A DNA stretch of 37,503 nucleotides from Macrostomum lignano (taxonomy: Eukaryota). The stretch covers positions 1 through 37,503 of the forward strand of contig NIVC01004703.1 in the NCBI GenBank assembly GCA_002269645.1. The letters are read 5' to 3'. The notes beneath the pieces were generated by a model. It searched no databases, had not been told where the DNA came from, and saw nothing but the letters and a program-made list of their open reading frames with translations. Position 1 is the stretch's first letter, and every line of letters begins with the position of its first letter. Shown here one piece after another: positions 21,831-33,353 of this stretch. A program made the position numbers and the translations under genes.

Positions 21831-22549
21831 GAGACAAGATCTGCAATGCTGAGAGCGAACGCCCTCGGCGATGTTACCACAACCACTCTTTTGCTGTTCT
21901 AGCCATTTTGCTGGCCAGCAAGGTGCTTGTAACCGAGCGTCTTAATGGTTGGGAAATGTCATAGAAGCAAATAATTTACTATTACTTTTTACTAGTCTTA
22001 ACTGCGCACGCTGAGAGGGTGCTCATTTTAGATATTTTACTTCGTATAATATTATTTCAGGCTAATTAATTAATACTGCGAAAGACTAAATAGAGAAAAA
22101 ACTAATTAATAAAAAATATTTTCCAACGCAACGGTAGTAAAACACAGGGTATTGAAGCTGATTTATGAAGGCTCAGGACAGTTGCATTCTGGCTTGTGTC
22201 ATTTCTCTGATGAGTCATTAGGTAAAATACTTTATCCCCTGTTCAAATTGATCACGGGCAGCACTATAAGATCTCCAACTGCACTTAAACAGGAACTGAG
22301 CTTTAATTTACAGCCCCTCATGGCACTTTGGACAGGTCCTGTTCTCCTTAGGGATCCTTGGTCTCGCAGTCCTCATTGCTTCGCAGTCCAGTTTATTGGC
22401 TTGCTTAACTAAACTGTGACAGGGTTGAATTCTGGATTGGAAATTTCTAGGACACTACTTTTCAGTTGAGTAGTATTGATACCATTTGAAGCAGCACTAT
22501 AAAGGACGCTACTCGCCTATGCTGACAGTTTCGCATAATTTGACTATTC

Positions 22550-22660
22550 CAAGAGCGTCGCCATGGATTTTATGGTGGGGGGACAAAGCCAAGAATTCTA
22601 CATGTAACACATGTACATTATTTTGAAAATCAGTGTTGTCAGCGCTCATTTTGGTGCCGC
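22550..22660 (+). mobile_element. Dispersed-element end running into the 21-bp satellite; homolog of 5941-6111
   Basis: GCGTCGCCATGGATTTTATGGTGGGGGGACAAAGCC...ATGTACATTATTTTGAAAATCAGTGTTGTCAGC matches the reverse complement of ~5995-6110. Confidence 0.8.
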
Positions 22661-25600
22661 AGGCACTCATTTTAGCGCCGCATGCACTCATTTTAGCGCT
22701 GCAGGCATTCATTTTAGCGCCGCAGGCACTCATTTTAGCGCCACAGACACTCATTTTAGCGCCACAGGCACTCATTTTAGCGCCACAGGCACTCATTTTA
22801 GCGCCACAGACACTTATTTTAGCGCCACAGGCATTCATTTTAGCGCTGCAGGCACTCATTTTAGCGCTGCAGGCACTCATTTTAGCGCCACAGGCACTCA
22901 TTTTAGCGCCGCAGGCACTCATTTTAGCGCTGCAGGCACTCATTTTAGCGCCACAGGCACTTATTTTAGCGCCACAGACACTTATTTTAGCGCCGCAGGC
23001 ACTCATTTTAGCGCTGCAGGCACTCATTTTAGCGCCACAGGCACTTATTTTAGCGCCACAGACACTTATTTTAGCGCCGCAGGCACTCATTTTAGCGCTG
23101 CAGGCACTCATTTTAGCGCCACAGGCACTTATTTTAGCGCCGCAGGCACTCATTTTAGCGCTGCAGGCACTCATTTTAGCGCCACAGGCACTTATTTTAG
23201 CGCCGCAGCCACTCATTTTAGCGCTGCAGGCACTCATTTTAGCGCCACAGGCACTTATTTTAGCGCCGCAGGCACTCATTTTAGCGCTGCAGGCACTCAT
23301 TTTAGCGCCACAGGCACTTATTTTAGCGCCACAGACACTTATTTTAGCGCCGCAGGCACTCATTTTAGCGCTGCAGGCACTCATTTTAGCGCTGCAGGCA
23401 CTCATTTTAGCGCCACAGGCACTTATTTTAGCGCCGCAGGCACTCATTTTAGCGCTGCAGGCACTCATTTTAGCGCCACAGGCACTTATTTTAGCGCCGC
23501 AGCCACTCATTTTAGCGCTGCAGGCACTCATTTTAGCGCCACAGGCACTTATTTTAGCGCCGCATGCACTCATTTTAGCGCTGCAGGCATTCATTTTAGC
23601 GCCGCAGGCACTCATTTTAGCGCCACAGACACTCATTTTAGCGCCACAGGCACTCATTTTAGCGCCACAGGCACTCATTTTAGCGCCACAGACACTTATT
23701 TTAGCGCCACAGGCATTCATTTTAGCGCTGCAGGCACTCATTTTAGCGCTGCAGGCACTCATTTTAGCGCCACAGGCACTCATTTTAGCGCCGCAGGCAC
23801 TCATTTTAGCGCTGCAGGCACTCATTTTAGCGCCACAGGCACTTATTTTAGCGCCACAGACACTTATTTTAGCGCCGCAGGCACTCATTTTAGCGCTGCA
23901 GGCACTCATTTTAGCGCCACAGGCACTTATTTTAGCGCCACAGACACTTATTTTAGCGCCGCAGGCACTCATTTTAGCGCTGCAGGCACTCATTTTAGCG
24001 CCACAGGCACTTATTTTAGCGCCGCAGGCACTCATTTTAGCGCTGCAGGCACTCATTTTAGCGCCACAGGCACTTATTTTAGCGCCGCAGCCACTCATTT
24101 TAGCGCTGCAGGCACTCATTTTAGCGCCACAGGCACTTATTTTAGCGCCGCAGGCACTCATTTTAGCGCTGCAGGCACTCATTTTAGCGCCACAGGCACT
24201 TATTTTAGCGCCACAGACACTTATTTTAGCGCCGCAGGCACTCATTTTAGCGCTGCAGGCACTCATTTTAGCGCTGCAGGCACTCATTTTAGCGCCACAG
24301 GCACTTATTTTAGCGCCGCAGGCACTCATTTTAGCGCTGCAGGCACTCATTTTAGCGCCACAGGCACTTATTTTAGCGCCGCAGCCACTCATTTTAGCGC
24401 TGCAGGCACTCATTTTAGCGCCACAGGCACTTATTTTAGCGCCGCAGGCACTCATTTTAGCGCTGCAGGCACTCATTTTAGCGCCACAGGCACTTATTTT
24501 AGCGCCACAGACACTTATTTTAGCGCCGCAGGCACTCATTTTAGCGCTGCAGGCACTCATTTTAGCGCCACAGGCACTCATTTTAGCGCCGCAGGCACTC
24601 ATTTTAGCGCTGCAGGCACTCATTTTAGCGCCGCAGGCACTTATTTTAGCGCCACAGACACTTATTTTAGCGCCGCAGGCACTCATTTTAGCGCTGCAGG
24701 CACTCATTTTAGCGCCACAGGCACTTATTTTAGCGCCGCAGGCACTCATTTTAGCGCTGCAGGCACTCATTTTAGCGCCGCAGGCACTTATTTTAGCGCC
24801 GCAGCCACTCATTTTAGCGCTGCAGGCACTCATTTTAGCGCCACAGGCACTTATTTTAGCGCCGCAGGCACTCATTTTAGCGCTGCAGGCACTCATTTTA
24901 GCGCCACAGGCACTTATTTTAGCGCCACAGACACTTATTTTAGCGCCGCAGGCACTCATTTTAGCGCTGCAGGCACTCATTTTAGCGCCACAGGCACTTA
25001 TTTTAGCGCCGCAGGCACTCATTTTAGCGCTGCAGGCACTCACTTTAGCGCCGCAGGCACTTATTTTAGCGCCGCAGGCACTCATTTTAGCGCTGCAGGC
25101 ACTCATTTTAGCGCCACAGGCACTTATTTTAGCGCCGCAGGCACTCATTTTAGCGCTGCAGGCACTCATTTTAGCGCCACAGGCACTTATTTTAGCGCCA
25201 CAGACACTTATTTTAGCGCCGCAGGCACTCATTTTAGCGCTGCAGGCACTCATTTTAGCGCCACAGGCACTCATTTTAGCGCCGCAGGCACTCATTTTAG
25301 CGCTGCAGGCACTCATTTTAGCGCCACAGGCACTTATTTTAGCGCCACAGACACTTATTTTAGCGCCGCAGGCACTCATTTTAGCGCTGCAGGCACTCAT
25401 TTTAGCGCCGCAGGCACTCATTTTAGCGCCGCAGGCACTCATTTTAGCGCCGCAGGCACTCATTTTAGCGCTGCAGGCACTCATTTTAGCGCTGCAGGCA
25501 CTCATTTTAGCGCTGCAGGCACTCATTTTAGCGCTGCAGGCACTCATTTTAGCGCCGCAGGCACTCATTTTAGCGCCACAGACACTCATTTTAGCGCCAC

Positions 25601-25781
25601 AGACACTTATTTTAGCGCCGCAGGCACTCATTTTAGCGCCGCAGGCATTCATTTTAGCGCTACAGGCACTCATTTTAGCGCTGCAGGCACTCATTTTAGC
25701 GCCGCAGGCACTCATTTTAGCGCCGCAGGCACTCATTTTAGCGCCACAGGTACTCATTTTAGCGCCGCAGGCACTCATTTT
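22640..25781. repeat. 21-bp satellite (GCAGGCACTCATTTTAGCGCC), ~150 copies, ~3.1 kb
   Basis: Read directly; the 7-aa period of the three long ORFs reflects the unit. Confidence 0.98.
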
Positions 25782-26795
25782 TGAAGCAAAAGTTATTCAT
25801 GGACCAAACAGCAATCAGAAGTATGCAGTTTTATAGGAACAGTCTTTAATTGATAATGAACTGTCTACTCGGTGAGTAGTCTGTCCAGCACATGCATTTA
25901 CGGCATTGTTTCTTTGAGGAAAAACTAGCTATCTAGTCTACTTGCACCTTGAAGTTGTCCTTTTTTAAGCAACACATTCGGTTTTTTCGTCGGAAATATT
26001 AATAGAACCGTCCAGCCGGTGTCTCGGGGCAGGCCGCCATTGTTCTCTTACTTGCGTGTCCACTGCATGGAATATTAATTAGTTTCATAGAGTCTTGTAC
26101 GCAGCTTCACAACGCCATATTGGGCTAAGACTTGAACTGTATAACTCTACGAGTATTTTTTCATTGTTCTGGAAGAGCTGCTAGGGGGTTCTAAATATCT
26201 GCATCACCCTAAGGCGGTTAGTAACTCTGTCCCCGAGGCTGAGTGGCGGAGAGAGAGCGTGAGAGTTTGCATGCTGGCGCCAGGAGGCAGAGATGCTCAG
26301 ACAGCTGTATTTTACTCTGCTTGCCTGCAACAGTCGAACCCCTCAGATTACTCATGGTGTAGTTCGCCTTCACTTTGAGGCTGGAATACAGTGGCGGCGT
26401 GTGATGCAGCCCAAGTTTGTTATGCTAGCCCAGGTCTTTAGGAAACTCGACGACAGTATGGGAGAGAATTGTTGTTTGTTGCTTGAGAATTGGAAGCCAG
26501 ACGGGGCGGTGAGCTCATGCTGCTCATATTGCTATATTTGTACACTGGCCTCAGGGCATTTGATAGCTAAGACAGCATAAACTGCATGGGAAGTGCGTTG
26601 GGTCAGCACTGGGCAAATGTTTGCATTGATGTCTGCGGTATTTAAAGTTAGGCATACTTGTAGTTAGTATGCTGCTATTAATTGTTTATACAGGAATTTT
26701 CTAGAAAATTTTAAGCGCAAAGTATTTTTTTGAGTCGTCAATTTTTCGAAATTTTTTTCGAATATCCTAGTCTATAAAACAATCCTAGGGATTTC

Positions 26796-26897
26796 TTACT
26801 CAAGTAGAAGGTCTACTCAAGTAGAAGGTCTACTCAAGTAGAAGGTCTACTCAAGTAGAAGGTCTACTCAAGTAGAAGGTCTACTCAAGTAGAAGGA
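26796..26897. repeat. 17-bp tandem repeat (CTACTCAAGTAGAAGGT) x6
   Basis: Six copies counted at 17-bp spacing, the first starting TTACT. Confidence 0.95.
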
Positions 26898-27030
26898 CGG
26901 ACGGAAGCCGTTTCTTGAAAAAAAAATTCGTTTTTTTGAAAATTTTCATTTTTTCAGCATTAAATTGTTTTTGCTTTTGATTGAAGACAGATCCAATGTT
27001 CAAACTTGATATGTCTTGCCATTTTCATAA
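26881..27030 (+). mobile_element. Dispersed repeat, copy A; homolog at 33565-33730
   Basis: CTACTCAAGTAGAAGGACGG followed by TTTTCATTTTT...GCTTTTGAT...GAAGA...CCAATGTTCA...GATATG.CTTGCC in the same order as in copy B. Confidence 0.7.
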
Positions 27031-27079
27031 ACCCGAAAGTGCTGGCAACGCCTAACGCTATTTTGGTTTTCGGGGTAAT

Positions 27080-27592
27080 GATATTTCGGGTTTGTGATAT
27101 TTCGGGTTTGTGATATTTCGGGTTTGTGATATTTCGGGTTTGTGATATTTCGGGTTTGTGATATTTCGGGTTTTGTGAAATTTCGGGTTTTGTGATATTT
27201 CGGGTTTTGTGATATTTCAGGTTTGTGATATTTCGGGTTTTGTGAAATTTCGGGTTTTGTGATATTTCGGGTTTTGTGATATTTCAGGTTTGTGATATTT
27301 CGGGTTTTGTGAAATTTCGGGTTTTGTGATATTTCGGGTTTTGTGATATTTCAGGTTTGTGATATTTCGGATTTGTGATATTTCGGGTTTTGTGATATTT
27401 CGGGTTTTGTGATATTTCGGGTTTGTGATATTTCGGGTTTGTGATATTTCGGGTTTTGTGATATTTCGGGTTTGTGATATTTCTGGTTTTGTGATATTTC
27501 TGGTTTTGTGATATTTCTGGTTTTGTGATATTTCTGGTTTTGTGATATTTCGGGTTTTGTGATATTTCGGGTTTTGTGATATTTCGGGTTTA
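27080..27592. repeat. 16/17-bp minisatellite (GATATTTCGGGTTT[T]GT), ~31 copies
   Basis: Read directly. Confidence 0.95.
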
Positions 27593-27777
27593 TGATGGCA
27601 ACCCACTCAAGTTGGAATTTCCGCTTGGAAAAGGATAGTTGCCGCTCTATAATGATTTTTTAATGAAAAAATTTCATCTCTATCCGGCCCTAGGGCCCTT
27701 TGAAACTTCAAAATAGTAAACCCGTCCTTTCAAGGTCTCTTCTCAACTCTTTTAGATCCTTTCTCCCCTCTTTTTTC

Positions 27778-27780
<3 letters not shown>

Positions 27781-27813
<33 letters not shown>

Positions 27814-28040
27814 CGTCTCTCCCCATTCTCTCTCCTCTCCTCTCTCATCTCTTCTCTCCTTTCATCTCTCATCATTTAACTCTTCTCTTCTCCTCTCTCT
27901 TCTTTCCTCTCTCATATCTTCTATCATCCTATATCTCATCTCATCTCTTCTCTCATCTCATCTCTTGCTTTTCCTCTCTTCTCTCTTCTCTCATGTCCTC
28001 TTTCCTGTTCTTCTCCTCTCTATTCACTCTCCTCTCCACG
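27781..28040. repeat. (TC)15 followed by a ~230-bp degenerate pyrimidine-rich tract
   Basis: Read directly; mostly C/T on the plus strand with scattered A. Confidence 0.85.
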
Positions 28041-29200
28041 GTCTGGTCCGCAATCATTAGCTGCATGGGTTCTTTACCTGGCTCTTAAGGTAAAAAAAGG
28101 TTGTTGACCCTTGAATTAAGGTAATAAATAGAATATTATCAATAAATAACGATAGCTTTTTACGGAAGATTTAGTTATGATGGTTGAAACACCTAGAAAT
28201 TTAAAGTAAGAAAAAGCCAATCTTACCTTTTGGGGTTCCGATGCGGTATCGGAATGTTCTCTTGTGATGGTCATCTGAAATATTTGTTTCTTGACCAACG
28301 GATATTAAAAATGTCAAAAGCTAATTCATCGCCACCAGCAGAAAGGGAGAGAGAGGTACAAAAAACTGCAGCCCGAGAAATGCGAACTAAAATTAAATAG
28401 CGCGGAAAAATATGTTCGCGTTTATAATAACGCAACACCGGAGAATTTGGAATTTAAACAAAATATAGCTATATACAGTGGTCCTTGTGTTATATCGATT
28501 GAAACCTGCTTGCTTTTAGTTAGAAGTATATTTATTAAAATATCGTCGCAGAAAAGAAATTATATCGTTATAAAATATTTTTACAACATCTTTCACACAG
28601 AAATTTATAAATAATCACAGAGACACTAATCTTTCTATTTACAAAAAAGCTACAGCAATAAAAACAACTGAAGGAAATAGTTTAAATAAAGTTATTTTCA
28701 GTGCAATACTGATACGAATTTCTTGTGCTCTCGGATTTAAAAGAAAAATGACATTAGCGAGAGTACATTATACGATATTTAATGTACTGTGATGAAAATA
28801 CCAAATCACTGTAGTTTAACAGATTTAGCACATATAATTAATAAGACATAAAAACACAATAACATAGCTGTAGCTGTTTACATTTCGGGACAACGCATCC
28901 AATAGTTTATCATATTTATTTATGAATTCAGAAATTTATGAGTCAACAATCAATCAGAACGAGGGCATGCGTAAAATTATGCATAAACGTCTCAAAGTCA
29001 GGTCTCTGGAATGAATTGGATCTTTCTATTAAAGAGAAAGCAATTAAAGTTAAATTTAAGAAATAAACATAATAATAAACGACCTTCTTTGTAGATCCTG
29101 TCTGAGTAGAACGTGATGAAATGACCACATGAAATTTTATCGGCCTAACGAGTTTATGATATGAATTCCCTAATCTGACAGTCACAGATACTAAAATAGC

Positions 29201-29565
29201 TAGATGGGCCACTCAGGCATATATACTTAGTAAAACAGCTTTCTACTTTCAGTTCAGTAGCAAAGAAGAATGCATAAGCTATTTTATAAGAATAAAAAGG
29301 CAGCTGAAATGACCCTGATAAGTTTAGAAGCCCAAGCTTGCAGGTGTAAACAGCTTGCTAATTGATTCAGCAATAATGTACATTAGCCAATCCACTGGAA
29401 TGTACATGGTAGCCTTAGGCTGGAACTCCGAAAAAGGCAATAAAATTGGGGGGAGTAAGAGCCAATTAATAAGACTTGGCTTTAAAAATACATTAAGATG
29501 CTTCTGTTAAAATTACTACTGAACTGAAAGTAGCTTACACGCAAATGTGCTGAGTGGCCCATCTA
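29201..29565. mobile_element. MITE with bipartite TIRs and TA flanks, ~130 bp downstream of the mGluR stop
   Basis: TAGATGGGCCACTCAG (16/16) and CTACTTTCAGTTCAGTAG (18/18) each match the reverse complement of sequence at 29516-29565. Confidence 0.85.
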
Positions 29566-29697
29566 AAGTTATTCCATAGTATCTGTGGTACAGTCAGATT
29601 AGAGCAACTTGGTAGCTAGCATATCGACAATACATGTGATTTTTTCAATTAAATGACTGCAGCTAATGCCCATGCTGCTCAATACTAGACTCAAATC

Positions 29698-29993
29698 CTA
29701 CAATGCGGTCTCACGCACGTTCGGATTGGCGAACACCTCGTCTGGATAGCCGATCGAGTACGGATCGAATCCGTCATCCGCGGCCGCGGCCGCATACGAG
29801 GCAGTCACTGCAGCAGCTGCTGTCACGGTTGAAGGTATCAGCGGCTCTTGTTCGCAACTGTCGTCCTGGAGCTGCTGCTGCTGCTGCTGCTGGTGCACAT
29901 CCGCTGACAATTGGTCCGGAGGCTGCGATGCCGGCTGCTCCTGCTGCTGCTGCTGAGATTTCGGCCGGCCGGCAATGAGAAAAGCAATTCCGG
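29698..29993 (-). CDS. mGluR: mGluR terminal exon, polyQ/polyA tail ending VRETAL*
   Basis: Acceptor cctaaacccgcag|CC in phase 1 matches the 30325 donor; open frame to TAG at 29698-29700; the ending T-A-L fits a class I PDZ ligand. Confidence 0.7.
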
Positions 29994-30324
29994 CTGCGGG
30001 TTTAGGCGGAAATTTCCTTATTTTGGATGTAAATTCTTAGTTTAATATCGCTGTGGGAAACCGAATTTCTATAGCTTGCAGAGTCGAAAGATGACTTATC
30101 TGTAAATATCTGCATTAGCACTCGAGCTCCACTTCACCCCGAGCCAAAATCAAGCATTTGGACACATTCAGTCTATGCGAGGATGATTCAAGTCCTGTTG
30201 ATGTTTTCACAAGCATCCACCCACGCAGCTGCGTGTCTCCACGCACAACAGCAATGCACCAGTTGACTGAAAAGGTACGCTTAAGGGTGCTCATAAGGCC
30301 TTTTAACACTGCTGGAGTCCTCAC

Positions 30325-30715
30325 CGAAGTCTGGGCCTCGCAAACCGCCAGTGGATTTTTTCCTCTCCCCCGACTGCGGCGCCTCTGAACAGCAGCGGGA
30401 CTCCGCAGCGACCTCCACTGCCGCTGACTCAGCCGCTGCCGACGCCGACGCCGCAGCCGCCGCAGCCGGCTTTGAATGTCCAGCTGCCTCGAGCTTGGCG
30501 CACTTGCCGCCTGTTCCAGCGTCGCACTCGTGCGACTTCTTCGTCGACAAGAACAGCTGGCGTCGCTGACCACCCCCGGCGTCCGAGGAGTTCGCCGCCC
30601 GTCTGACATTCTTGTGCGGCTTGAACAGCACGATGTAGACCTTGGGCGCGAACATGCAGCCCAGCGTGACGGCCGCGCTGATGCTGATGCACATGCACAG
30701 GGAGGTCAGCTTGAT
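30325..30715 (-). CDS. mGluR: mGluR exon: TM7 and proximal C-terminal tail
   Basis: Acceptor ttcgcag|ATC (phase 0); IKLTSLCMCISISAAVTLGCMFAPKVYIVLFKPHKNVRR; donor TTCG|gtgagg. If unspliced, the frame stops at 30281. Confidence 0.9.
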
Positions 30716-30859
30716 CTGCGAATCAAATTGCTGACTTGATTACTCTAGGAAATTAGGAATGAAGCGTCAGTGTCTTCTCATCAATAAGGTAGATCAAGCG
30801 CGGGTAGATCAAGAGGAGAGGTTTGATCAAATCTGAAGCCAAAAAAGCGCTTCACTTAC

Positions 30860-32148
30860 CCGAAAATTCCTCAGAGAGCCGAAGTATATTGCAATAAAGG
30901 CCAGCCACACGATGCAGGTGGAGTACATGGTGAATGCTATGTACTTCGCCTCGTTGAAGTTCTCCGGAATGTTTCTAGTCTTGAATGCGTACAGGGTGCA
31001 CAAGACAATAAGAATCATGTTGTACAGCAGAGAGACAACGATAGCCACGTCATCAACAGCGCAGCGCAGCACTTTGTGATCTCTGTCGGGATAGTCAAAC
31101 TTGGTTTTCGGCAGGTCCATGCCTAGCCAAGTCATGTCGCCGATGACTTGCACAGACACAAGGCAGCAGCAGAGCACCAACTGGGATTTTGGGCTGGTGT
31201 ACGAGGGCTTCTTCATCAGCGATTTTATTCCACGATTGAAAATTCGACTGAGCCGATTGGTCTTGGTGAAGATTGCTGAGTAGATTATGCTCAAACTGAG
31301 ACCGTTGAAGATTCTAAAAAACCCGCAGGTGACAGGACTTGGCGGCGCCAGCATGATGAAGGTCATGCAGTAAGACAGCAGGATTCCAGCCAGCATCACG
31401 TAGCAGAGCTCTCGTCCAGAGGCTCGAATAAGCGGTGTCTGATTGTACTTCACAAATACGAATAGCACGAAAGCGGTGCAGAGCAGGCCCAGGAAGCTGA
31501 AGGACATCGGCAACAGGGCCCATACACTGTTCAGTTGGATTGTCTCAATTGGCAGTGGCTCGCATGAGTTGAAGTACCGGTTCGGAATGCTGCCAAGTGG
31601 ACAGTCGGAGCAGGTGGTGGAGTTGAGAACGATTTGGTACTTGCTATCGCAACTGACGCACTCCCAGCAGCAAGCGGCAGCCTCTTTGTTGGGCGCCACC
31701 GTTCTCTTGCCATAATCGCAAGGCTCCGAGCAGACGGAGCGAGGTGTCTCTTCACCCGGCGTGCCCCAGCGCAAGCTGCTATTGTCCAACTCCAAACGGT
31801 CGTCCCCCCAGGTGCCGATTTTGTAGTAGCGGAAGGACTGATTTCCGCCCGACTCCGCAGAGTTGACTCGCTGCAGCTGGAAGATCTCGTAGAGGGACTC
31901 GCGATCGCCGTGCCGATTGAAGCGCACAAGGTTGCCAGAGGTTCCATTGAAGCTAATGTTGCGGATTAGATCGCGAAGCTGAGTGCCATTCAGCTTGCGA
32001 TCGCCCGTCACCTTTCGACAGGCAGATGGGGGTCCATTGCCGCAGAGCAGCCGGTGCAGGGAGTGGGCCATGGCGTAGACTGCGTCCACCACCATGGGCA
32101 CGAGACCCTCCTGCTCGTACTTGGCGGTTACGCCGATTCTCTCGTCTC
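30860..32148 (-). CDS. mGluR: mGluR exon: end of Venus flytrap, cysteine-rich domain, TM1-TM6
   Basis: ORF 30827..32101; all nine CRD cysteines present; acceptor cgtccag|GA, donor CGG|gtaagt, 1289 nt. Confidence 0.97.
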
Positions 32149-33188
32149 CTGGACGGGATTGTGTAAGTGGACGTTTGGATTCAATTAACAGTAGAACCTG
32201 AAAGCTGGCAAGATTGCATATAAATGATGTTCTTGATCAATAAAATTATCATCCTAAAAGTCACCTGTATTGGTTCGTTACTCTCGATCACGTAAAGATA
32301 TTGCACTGAAACCTCACACAAACTTGATAGCATAACATATTTCAGCTAAAAACACCGATCACCGTGAGTACAGTTGCATAATTTCGAAGGCACTTATGCA
32401 GCGACTGTCTGTTTAATGTTTTTGTGAGTTTTCAGTGCAATAACAATACCTGGTCGAGAGTTACAAACAAATACAGATTACTTTTGGGATGACCCTCGTA
32501 CACAGAGAGTAATTAGAAAATACTCTTCCATGTTCACTAGTTATTAGACACGATGAAATTTCATCGGTTAGAGCTAGACTGGAAGATGATTAGGTTGCTC
32601 TCTGTCGAAGTCAGTGCCTGTCAGCTGAGCTTTGGTGACAGGTTACAATAGATTAATGTCAAGCCGTTGAAAGGATGGTAGTGGTTGCTCCAGTTGGTTG
32701 CTTGGAGACGCTCGAGTTCCTAATCTGCAGACTTCTTGCAGAATCCTTTCCCGCTAGAGAAATCCGCATTCGAATCGGGTTGCTGGGCCGTCCCATCCTC
32801 CGCCAGCGTCACGCAGTCTGGCGGAAGACTAAGGCGAATTTGGGTGGCGCAAGTTGCGTGTAAATTAATCCCCCTAAACCATTCCCTCGCGTCTCTTTCC
32901 CCGCAATCCCAATTTTCATCCCCAGAATCGCGTTTTTTCCCTCCTGCTCCGACTGATCCCACCCGACCGAACCAGCGAAGCTCTTCTTTCTCTCACGAAG
33001 TCTCCACATCGTTTCCAACTCGTCAGTTAGGGAAGAGGATTAGCAAAAGGGATTAGATTGCCGGTGTGAAAGAGATAGAGATGAAAATGATTAGCAAAGC
33101 GGCTGTTCTAATGTTTCAGAATTCACCGAAACAATCATCCGGATGAAGGCAGCTGAAGAGATGCTCAGCAAAAGAAGATTTCACCTAC

Positions 33189-33353
33189 CCGTGCAGCTCT
33201 TCAGGCTTTTATCGAAGTTACGCCTGACGCCTCCGCCTTCGCCTGTGCTGTGGTCCAGCTTGCAGTGGAACTGGCTCTGCCAGAACTCTCGCCACCACGG
33301 ATTCACCTTGGCATGCTCCTCCAGCTTCAGGCTGGTGAAGTAGTTGTCAAAGT
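33189..33353 (-). CDS. mGluR: mGluR Venus flytrap exon (DFDNYFTSLKLEEHAKVNPWWREFWQSQFHC...SCTG)
   Basis: Conserved NPW.EFW...F.C motif; acceptor ctcgcag|AC, donor ACGG|gtaggt, phase 1-1. Confidence 0.95.

Noticed and set aside
22509-25836. Three ORFs of over 1000 aa (MSACGAK, AGTHFSA and LILAPQA heptads) suggesting a repetitive structural or adhesive protein
   Set aside because: They follow from a 21-bp unit that lacks stops in some frames. They occur on both strands, have no non-repetitive domain, and the same unit appears in a short dispersed-element copy at 5941-6000.
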